NCBI GenBank assembly: GCA_963756425.1
Contig: CAVWNW010000012.1
Location: 160,783 to 224,782 of the forward strand
Origin: an uncultured bacterium
GTDB taxonomy: Bacteria; Actinomycetota; Acidimicrobiia; Acidimicrobiales; VFJN01
Direction of reading: 5' to 3'
DNA: 64,000 nt
Both the position numbers and the translations under genes were made by a program. The number at the start of each line of letters is the position of its first letter. Position 1 is the stretch's first letter. Shown piece after piece: positions 57,379-64,000 of the stretch. The notes under the pieces were generated by a model that worked only from the letters and a program-made list of their open reading frames with translations, had not been told where the DNA came from and searched no databases.

Positions 57379-58057
57379 CGGACGGCCCGCCGCCGGCGGA
57401 CGGCCCGCCCCCAACGTCGCCCGCGAGCTCCGGGCAGCGGGCCACGACCGACTTCCAGACCACGGCCTCGACGTCGTCGGCCGGTGCCGTGCCGTCGACG
57501 ACCACCCAATGGGACGGGTCCGCCGCCGCGAGCGCCCGATAGCCCCGCATCACCCGGTCGTGGAACCCGTCCCCTGCGGCCTCGAGACGGTCGGGCTCCG
57601 GATCGGCACGACCGGCGGCGCGGGTCGAGCCCAGCTCCCAGGGAACGTCGAGCAGCAGCACCACGTCGGGCGCCAGGCCGGCTGCCGCCCAGCCGGACAG
57701 CCGGCGCAGGTCGTCGACCGGCAGCCCCCGCCCGAAGCCCTGGTACGCCAGCGTCGACCCGACATAGCGGTCGGACACCACGTGCCGCCCCACGGCCAGT
57801 GCCGGGCGGACCACCTCGGCGACGTGCTGCGCCCGGTCCGCGGCCATGAGGAGCGCCTCGGCGCGGTCGTCGAGCCCGGTGGTGCGGGCGTCGAGCAGGA
57901 GCGCCCGCAGGGCCGCACCGATGGCGGTCCCCCCGGGCTCCCGCGTCAGCACCGCACCGAGCCGGCGTGCGAGCCGGGCGGCCTGGGTCGACTTGCCGCT
58001 GCCCTCACCGCCCTCGAAGACGACGAAACGGCCCGTGGGCGTCGTGGGCGAGATCAT
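57365..58057 (-). CDS. tmk: Thymidylate kinase
   Basis: FVVFEGGEGSGKSTQ...LTREPGGT...DRY..S.LAYQG. The Gly-rich tail and the TAG stop (57365-57367) lie in the repeat element. Confidence 0.9.
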   Translation of the reverse strand: MISPTTPTGRFVVFEGGEGSGKSTQAARLARRLGAVLTREPGGTAIGAALRALLLDARTTGLDDRAEALLMAADRAQHVAEVVRPALAVGRHVVSDRYVGSTLAYQGFGRGLPVDDLRRLSGWAAAGLAPDVVLLLDVPWELGSTRAAGRADPEPDRLEAAGDGFHDRVMRGYRALAAADPSHWVVVDGTAPADDVEAVVWKSVVARCPELAGDVGGGPSAGGGPSGPRS

Positions 58058-59517
58058 GCCACCGACCTCTCGTTGAGCCGGGCCTCGGGCACGGTACCGG
58101 CGGTGCGAACGGAACGGAGCCCGCCCAGCGCAGCCGCCGACAGGGCACCAGCGACGAGCATGATGACGCCGGCGAGCCACAACGTCAGGCGCACGCCGGG
58201 GATCGAGACCTCGACGCCCACGTCGATCTGGCCGTCGAGCAACCGGTCGGACACCCCGTCGAGCAGGTCGGCCAGCACCGGCGCCACGGCCATCGCCAGC
58301 AGGACGCAGAGCCGCACCAACGTGTAGAGGGCCGAGAAGACGCGGCCCCGCAGCTCGTCCTCGACGCTCTCGTGGAGCAGCGTGAACCCCAGCACGTAGA
58401 CGCTGCCGGCGAAGATGCCCATGATCGCCACCCACATGGCGGACAGGATGAGTGTCGACATCGAAGCGGCGACGATCAGTGCCACGCCCGCACAGGACAA
58501 CGACAGCACGAAGGTCCGTGCCTTGCGCAGCCGTCCCTGCAGCGCCGACACCCCCACGACTCCGGCGGCGGTGCCGGCGCCGAGGGCGAAGACGAACACC
58601 CCGAACCCGCCCGGTCCCTCGTGGAGGACCTGCTCCGAGAACGTCTGCCCCAGCGGGATCAGCATGCCCCCGCCGATGAGCCCACACGCCAGGCCGACGT
58701 TGACCGCCCGCACCACCGGCGTGATGAACGCGTAGTGCCAGCCCTCCTTGACCTCCTTGAAGACCTGGCCGAGATCGATCGGGGCGCGGTCGTCGAGCCG
58801 GCGGATGTGGTCCCGGGGGATCGCCAGCCGATAGATGATCAGGGCCGCGGCGAGGTAGCAGACGACGTTGACGTAGAACGCCACCGCCGCCTGGCTGGTG
58901 CGCAGGGAGTCGAAGGCCTGGATGCCACCGAGCCACTCGGCTACCTCCGCCAACAGCGCGAAGAGGCCGGCCGCCACGGGGAAGGTGCCGTACGCGGCCG
59001 CCAGCCCGAGCGAGTTGGCGGTCGCCAGCTTCTCGACGGGAACCAGGTTGGGGACCGTCGCCTCCTTGGCGGGCGAGAAGAACAGCGTCGCCAGCTCGAG
59101 CACCAGCGAGGCGAACACCAGGCCGATGACCGAATCGACGAAGGGCAGCGACGCCACCACCAACGCTCGCACGAGCATCGACGCGACCATCACCTGCTTG
59201 CGGTCCATCCGGTCGATCAGCACGCCGGCGCCCGCCGACAGGAAGAACCCCGGCACGATCCGGGCTGCCATGACCAGGCCCACGGATGCCCCGGGCGCCC
59301 CGGACCCGAGGCGGTTGGCGAGGATCAGGATGGCCAGGAAGCCGAGCCAGTCACCCAATGACGACAGCGCCTGCGCCAGCCACAGCCGGAAGAACGTGGG
59401 CGTACCAAAGATCCGCTCGAGGAACGTGGCGCCCTCGCCGGGATGGTCGTGAAGTGCGCGCAGGGACTCGACGACCTCGGACGGATCGTCCAAGTCGTGG
59501 TCACGCGCTTCCATCAC
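58054..59517 (-). CDS. MFS transporter
   Basis: 487 aa with 12-14 TM segments. It overlaps the tmk start by 4 nt. Confidence 0.85.
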   Translation of the reverse strand: MMEARDHDLDDPSEVVESLRALHDHPGEGATFLERIFGTPTFFRLWLAQALSSLGDWLGFLAILILANRLGSGAPGASVGLVMAARIVPGFFLSAGAGVLIDRMDRKQVMVASMLVRALVVASLPFVDSVIGLVFASLVLELATLFFSPAKEATVPNLVPVEKLATANSLGLAAAYGTFPVAAGLFALLAEVAEWLGGIQAFDSLRTSQAAVAFYVNVVCYLAAALIIYRLAIPRDHIRRLDDRAPIDLGQVFKEVKEGWHYAFITPVVRAVNVGLACGLIGGGMLIPLGQTFSEQVLHEGPGGFGVFVFALGAGTAAGVVGVSALQGRLRKARTFVLSLSCAGVALIVAASMSTLILSAMWVAIMGIFAGSVYVLGFTLLHESVEDELRGRVFSALYTLVRLCVLLAMAVAPVLADLLDGVSDRLLDGQIDVGVEVSIPGVRLTLWLAGVIMLVAGALSAAALGGLRSVRTAGTVPEARLNERSVA

Positions 59518-59549
59518 CGCAAACGCTAGAGCGCCGCCGATCGCGAGCC

Positions 59550-59739
59550 GTTCCAGCGTTCGATCACGCCGGGTGCCGTCACTTCGGAACGCCGGTTCGG
59601 CCGACCCCCGCCAACAACACGTTCCAGCGTTCGATCCCGCCGGGTTCCGTCACTTCCGAACGCCGGTTCGCCCGCCCGCCGGCTACAACCCGTTCCGGCG
59701 TCCGATCACGCCGTATTGGGCCGCTTCCGAACGCCGGTT
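59550..59739. repeat. Tandem repeat, 71-bp unit x ~2.7
   Basis: By manual alignment, unit 1 (59550-59620) and unit 2 (59621-59691) match at 62 of 71 positions. Unit 3 (59692-59739) is partial and more diverged. Each unit carries GTTCC(A/G)GCGT(T/C)CGATC and the core (G/C)GAACGCCGGTT. Confidence 0.9.
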
Positions 59740-62420
59740 GCCGGCGCCTTCTTCGCCGCAGCCTTCTTAGCCGATGCCTTCTTGGCGGACGCCTTCTTGG
59801 CCGCGGACTTCTTGGCGCCAGCCTTGCGAGGCGCCGACCGCTTGCGCGCACGCGTCGAGGGAACCGCGTCGCGCCGCGCCTGGAGCAGATCGGCGGCGCG
59901 CTCGTCGGTCAGACCCTCGACGGTGTCGCCCTCGCGCTCGCGGAGCGAGGCGTTGGTCTCTCCGTCGGTCACGTACGGCCCGTAGCGCCCGCTGCGGACC
60001 ACCATCGGCCTGCCGGTGACCGGGTCCGTCCCCAGCTCGCGCAGCGGCGCCGACGCGGTGGCCCTGCCTCGCCGCTTCGGCTCGGCGAACAGCCGCACCG
60101 CCTCGTCGACCGTGACCGTGAACAGCTCCTCCTCGGTCGCCAGGCTGCGCGTCTCGTTGCCCCGCTTGACATACGGGCCGTAGCGGCCGTTGAGCGCCTC
60201 GATCTCCTCGCCGGTGCTCGGGTCGGTCCCCACCGTGCGGGGCAGGCTCAGCAGCGCGAGGGCCTCCTCCAGGGTCAGCGCCGACGGCGACATGGTCTTG
60301 AACAGCGAGGACATCTTCGGCTTGGTCCCGTCGGGGAGGGTGTCGGCGTCACCGAGCTGCACGTAGGGGCCGTAGCGGCCGGTCTTCACGTACACCGGCA
60401 GCCCGGAGTCCGGGTCGGTGCCCAGGGGCTCATCCCCCCTCGGCGCCGCCAACAGCTCGAGCGCCCGGGCGATCGTCAGCTCGTCGGGGGCGATGTCGGC
60501 GGGCAACGACACCGTGTCGTCGCCACGCCTGATGTACGGCCCGTAGCGACCGTTGCGGACGACGATGTCGGTGCCCTCGTCGTCCTTGCCGAGCGGGATG
60601 GCGTTGACGACCGCCGGATCGGCGTTGGCCATGGCATGGTCGATCAGGCTCGTCAGTCCCGGCGTCCCATTGCCGAACCAAAAGGCGTGGAGGAACGGCA
60701 CCCGCGCCCGCTGGCCGGCGGCGATCTCGTCGAGGTCGTTCTCCATCCGGGCGGTGAACGAGTAGTCGACCTCGCCGCTGAAGTGGCCCTCCAGCAGGTT
60801 GACCACGGCGAACGCCGACCACGACGGCACCAGGGCCTGACCCCGCTTCCACACGTAGCCCCGGTCCTGGATCGTCTGCATGATCGACGCATAGGTCGAC
60901 GGGCGCCCGATGCCCAGGTCCTCCAGCTTCTTGACCAGGGACGCCTCCGTGTAGCGGGCGGGCGGCTGGGTCGTGTGCCCCACCGGCTCGAGGGAGGGGT
61001 CGGGAAGCCCTTGGCCGACCACCAGTTCGGGGAGGATCCGCTCGCGGTCGTCGAGATCGGCTTCGGGATCGTCGGAGCCCTCGACGTAGACGCGGAGATA
61101 GCCCGGAAACGTGATGGTCCGGCCCGACGCCGCCCACGTCGTCGCCGTGGCCTCGGGAAGTACCACCGAGGACGCGGTGCCCACGGTGACGTCCCCGGAC
61201 AGCGGCGCCTCGATCCGCACCGACACCGTCTTGCCCACGGCGTCGGCCATCTGCGACGCCAGCGTGCGCTTCCAGATCAGGTCGTAGAGGCGCAGGTCGG
61301 CCCCGCGCAGCTCGCCGTCCAGCTCGTCGGGCGTCCGCCAGCGGTCGCCTGCGGGACGGATCGCCTCGTGCGCCTCCTGGGCGTTCTTCACCTTGCCGCG
61401 GTACTGCCGGGCGGTGTCCGGCAGGAACCGGTCGCCGTACAGCTCCCGCACCTGGGTCCGGGCTGCGGCCAGCGCCTCGTCTGACAGCGTCACCGAGTCG
61501 GTGCGCATGTAGGTGATGTAGCCGCGCTCGTACAGGCCCTGGGCGGTCCGCATGACCTGACCCGACGTCATGCCCAGCTTGCGGCCGCCCTCCTGCTGGA
61601 GGGTGGAGGTGATGAACGGCGCCTTGGGCGAGGAGCGGTACGGCTTCTGGTCGACCGACGCCACCGTGAACGGCGAGCCACCGAGCGCCGCCACCAGCCG
61701 CGTCGCCGCGGGCTCGTCGACGACGACGACGTCGTCACGGGCGACGCGGCCCTGGCTGTCGAAGTCCTTGCCCGTAGCGACGCGGCTGCCGTCGAGCCCC
61801 ACCAACGTGGCACCGAAGCCGGGATCGGTGGGGAAGGCAGCGTGCAGGTCCCAGTAGTCGGCGGCCACGAAGGCCATGCGCTCGCGCTCTCGCTCGACCA
61901 CCAGCCGCACGGCTGGGCTCTGCACGCGCCCGGCCGACAGCCCCGACGAGATCTTGCGCCACAGCACCTCGGACACCGGGTAGCCGAACAGCCGGTCGAC
62001 GATGCGCCGAGCCTCCTGGGCGTCGACCAGGCCGGCGTGGATGTCCCGTGACTCCGTCACGGCCCGATCGATGGCCTGGCGGGTTATCTCGTGGAACACC
62101 ATCCGCCGCATCGGAACACGCGGCCTGAGCACCTCGGAGAGGTGCCAGGCGATGGCCTCGCCCTCGCGGTCCTCGTCGGTGGCGAGGTAGAGCTCGTCGG
62201 CGTCCTTGAGCGCGGCCCTGAGCCGTCGGACCACGTCCTTCTTGGCCGGCGGCACGACGTAGGTGGGCTTGAAGTCGTCGTCGATCGCCACGGCCAGGCC
62301 CTTGGGCTCGAGGTCGCGGATCGCGCCGATGGACGCCTCGACCAGGAAGTCGTCGCCGAGGTAGCGGGCGATGGTCCGGGCCTTGGCCGGCGACTCGACG
62401 ATGACGAGCGAGGTGGACAT
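59706..62420 (-). CDS. topA: DNA topoisomerase I
   Basis: It starts MSTSLVIVESPAKARTIARYLG (Toprim). It also has the catalytic Tyr region ITYMRTDS, repeated C-terminal GRYGPY-type domains and a Lys/Ala-rich tail. Confidence 0.97.
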   Translation of the reverse strand: MSTSLVIVESPAKARTIARYLGDDFLVEASIGAIRDLEPKGLAVAIDDDFKPTYVVPPAKKDVVRRLRAALKDADELYLATDEDREGEAIAWHLSEVLRPRVPMRRMVFHEITRQAIDRAVTESRDIHAGLVDAQEARRIVDRLFGYPVSEVLWRKISSGLSAGRVQSPAVRLVVERERERMAFVAADYWDLHAAFPTDPGFGATLVGLDGSRVATGKDFDSQGRVARDDVVVVDEPAATRLVAALGGSPFTVASVDQKPYRSSPKAPFITSTLQQEGGRKLGMTSGQVMRTAQGLYERGYITYMRTDSVTLSDEALAAARTQVRELYGDRFLPDTARQYRGKVKNAQEAHEAIRPAGDRWRTPDELDGELRGADLRLYDLIWKRTLASQMADAVGKTVSVRIEAPLSGDVTVGTASSVVLPEATATTWAASGRTITFPGYLRVYVEGSDDPEADLDDRERILPELVVGQGLPDPSLEPVGHTTQPPARYTEASLVKKLEDLGIGRPSTYASIMQTIQDRGYVWKRGQALVPSWSAFAVVNLLEGHFSGEVDYSFTARMENDLDEIAAGQRARVPFLHAFWFGNGTPGLTSLIDHAMANADPAVVNAIPLGKDDEGTDIVVRNGRYGPYIRRGDDTVSLPADIAPDELTIARALELLAAPRGDEPLGTDPDSGLPVYVKTGRYGPYVQLGDADTLPDGTKPKMSSLFKTMSPSALTLEEALALLSLPRTVGTDPSTGEEIEALNGRYGPYVKRGNETRSLATEEELFTVTVDEAVRLFAEPKRRGRATASAPLRELGTDPVTGRPMVVRSGRYGPYVTDGETNASLREREGDTVEGLTDERAADLLQARRDAVPSTRARKRSAPRKAGAKKSAAKKASAKKASAKKAAAKKAPATGVRKRPNTA

Positions 62421-62534
62421 CGGCGGACAGTTGAAAGGCACGGGCGCGCAACTGTCAAACACCTGGGCGCGGGCGTGGCACACCGGCGTGTGCCCCACAC
62501 CGGCTGCGGTGCGGCCGCCGGGATGGGCGAGTGG

Positions 62535-63716
62535 CTAGGCCGCCAGCAGCAGGGCGTCGCCCTGCCCGCCGCCGCCGCACAGGGCGGCCGCACCGAGGCC
62601 CCCGCCGCGGCGCTTCAGCTCGAGGAGCAGCGTCAGGGCGAGGCGGGTGCCGGACATGCCGATCGGGTGGCCGAGGGCGATGGCGCCGCCGTTGACGTTG
62701 ACGACGTCGTCGGTGATGCCGAGATCGTCCATGGACGCCAGGCCGACGGCGGCGAACGCCTCGTTGATCTCGAACAGGTCGACGTCCCCTAGGGCCTTCC
62801 CGGCCGACTCCAGCGCCGCCAAGACGGCCCGCGACGGCTGAGTGAGCAGGGACGCATCCGGTCCGGCCACCTGCCCGTAGCCAACGATCTCGGCCAGGGG
62901 CTCGGCGGTCCCGAGCCGCTCGGCCGCAGTCTTCGACGCGACGATCACCGCCGCACCGCCGTCGGAGATCTGCGAGGCGTTGCCTGCTGTGATGTTGCCG
63001 GCCTTGTCGAACGCCGGGCGGAGTGCGGCCAGTGACTCGACCGTGGTGCCGGGACGCACGCCCTCGTCGGTGTCGACAACGAGCGGGTCCCCGCGGCGCT
63101 GCGGCACCTCGACCGGGACGATTTCCTCGGCGAACCGGCCCTCCTTGATGGCGGCGGAGGCGCGTTCGTGCGACTTGGCCGCGAGGTTGTCCTGGGGTTC
63201 GCGGGCGATGCCGGCCGAGGCCGCGTACTTCTCGGTGCCGGCGCCCATCGCCACCTGATCAAAGGCGCAGAACAGGCCGTCGTACATCATCGAGTCGACC
63301 ACCGAGCGGTCACCCAGGCGGTAGCCCTCGCGCGCGCCGGGAAGCAGGTAGGGCGCCTGAGTCATCGACTCCATGCCGCCGGCGACCACCACGTCGGCGG
63401 CGCCGGACTGGATCAGCAGATCCGCGAGGAAGATGGCGTTGAGCCCCGACAGGCACACCTTGTTGACCGTCGTGGCCGGAACCGTCATGGGGACGCCGGC
63501 GTGCACCGCGGCCTGGCGAGCGGCGATCTGGCCGGTCCCGGCCTGGAGCACCTGACCCATGAACACGTAGTCGACCTGGTCGGCAGCGACACCCGCCCGG
63601 TCGAGTGCGGCCTTGATGGCGAAGCCGCCGAGGTCGGTGGCCTTGAAGCCTCCCAGTTCGCCCGAGAGCTTGCCGATCGGCGTCCGGGCACCGGCGAGGA
63701 TGACGGAACCAGCCAT
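62535..63716 (-). CDS. Acetyl-CoA C-acetyltransferase (thiolase II)
   Basis: [12 protein letters not shown] (active-site Cys), [17 protein letters not shown], and ALCGGGGQG near the C-terminus. Confidence 0.95.
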   Translation of the reverse strand: MAGSVILAGARTPIGKLSGELGGFKATDLGGFAIKAALDRAGVAADQVDYVFMGQVLQAGTGQIAARQAAVHAGVPMTVPATTVNKVCLSGLNAIFLADLLIQSGAADVVVAGGMESMTQAPYLLPGAREGYRLGDRSVVDSMMYDGLFCAFDQVAMGAGTEKYAASAGIAREPQDNLAAKSHERASAAIKEGRFAEEIVPVEVPQRRGDPLVVDTDEGVRPGTTVESLAALRPAFDKAGNITAGNASQISDGGAAVIVASKTAAERLGTAEPLAEIVGYGQVAGPDASLLTQPSRAVLAALESAGKALGDVDLFEINEAFAAVGLASMDDLGITDDVVNVNGGAIALGHPIGMSGTRLALTLLLELKRRGGGLGAAALCGGGGQGDALLLAA

Positions 63717-63763
63717 CTGCTACTTCCCCCAAGGGTGGTCGGATGGGACGCGGCCCACGCTAC

Positions 63764-64000
63764 CTAGCGGTCCCCGCCATCGTCGTAGTCGTCCCAGTCG
63801 GGGACGTCGGGCGGGATCCGCATGCCCGCGGGCAGCTCGCGCTCGATCCGGGGCCGGGGCCGCGGTCGAGCCTGCTCCGGTGCCGAAGGTGCCGGCGGCG
63901 GTGGGGGCGGGGGCGGCGGTGGGCCGTTCCGCGGGAGGGATGCCGGCCTCCGGCGGATCCGCGCCGGCAACGGGGGACGGGACTCGAGCGGCGTCTCGGG
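63764..64000 (-). CDS. 3' end of a proline-rich protein of unknown function (open to the right window edge)
   Basis: The frame is open from position 64000: ..PPPPPPPPPPAPSAPEQARPRPRPRIERELPAGMRIPPDVPDWDDYDDGGDR*. It is low complexity, so coding status is uncertain. Confidence 0.3.
   Translation of the reverse strand, partial: PETPLESRPPLPARIRRRPASLPRNGPPPPPPPPPPAPSAPEQARPRPRPRIERELPAGMRIPPDVPDWDDYDDGGDR

Noticed and set aside
59550-59739. Possible CRISPR array.
   Set aside because: The units are directly adjacent with no unique spacers. The unit length is 71 bp, the copies are diverged (about 87 percent identity), and there are no cas genes. It is a plain tandem repeat.
63764-64000. Poly-proline tract as a possible repeat or novel feature.
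   Set aside because: It is the truncated 3' end of an ORF that continues past the window. It is low complexity and cannot be interpreted without the rest of the gene.

Overview
Very GC-rich actinobacterial chromosomal backbone, densely packed and mostly transcribed on the minus strand. I saw no rRNA, CRISPR array, cas gene, transposase, integrase or prophage gene.

The gene order matches the conserved Actinomycetota housekeeping arrangement known from Mycobacterium:
- groEL (with two CIRCE operators), otsA/otsB, rlmB-ispF-ispD, crp, disA-radA, clpC1
- lysS-coaX, nadC/nadB, panD-panC
- folK-folB-folP-folE-ftsH-hpt-tilS
- sigH/rsrA, holB-tmk, topA, thiolase
- two tRNA-Thr genes

Findings not explained by routine annotation:
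1. A dispersed ~98-bp nested-palindrome element. It is built from four 17-bp GCGGAACCnATGACCTC units. There are three clear copies plus one sequence variant with the same architecture. The copies overlap gene ends: the start codons of tilS and holB, and the stop codons of tmk and radA.
2. A 2.7-copy, 71-bp tandem repeat at the topA 3' end.
3. Two extra genes inside the folate operon: a dual-specificity-phosphatase-fold protein with HQX5R in place of HCX5R, lying between folP and folB, and a DeoD-type nucleoside phosphorylase lying between folE and folP.
4. A tight three-gene operon (GT-C-like membrane protein, DUF4397 surface protein, class F sortase) that splits nadC from nadB. Its likely substrate has no canonical LPXTG.
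5. A membrane lipid/phosphate neighbourhood: UbiB kinase, MprF-flippase-like protein, orphan OpuAC-type binding lipoprotein, a degenerate-PAP2 + kinase-like + extracytoplasmic-domain fusion, an intact PAP2, and PPK2.
6. A stand-alone ClpC N-domain paralogue directly upstream of clpC1.

Four conserved genes need a 1-nt frame correction: otsA, an LppM-like lipoprotein gene, the flippase-like gene and the PAP2-kinase fusion. This points to either indel errors in the assembly or genuine gene decay.

All calls come from reading the translations and DNA by eye. No database search was run.
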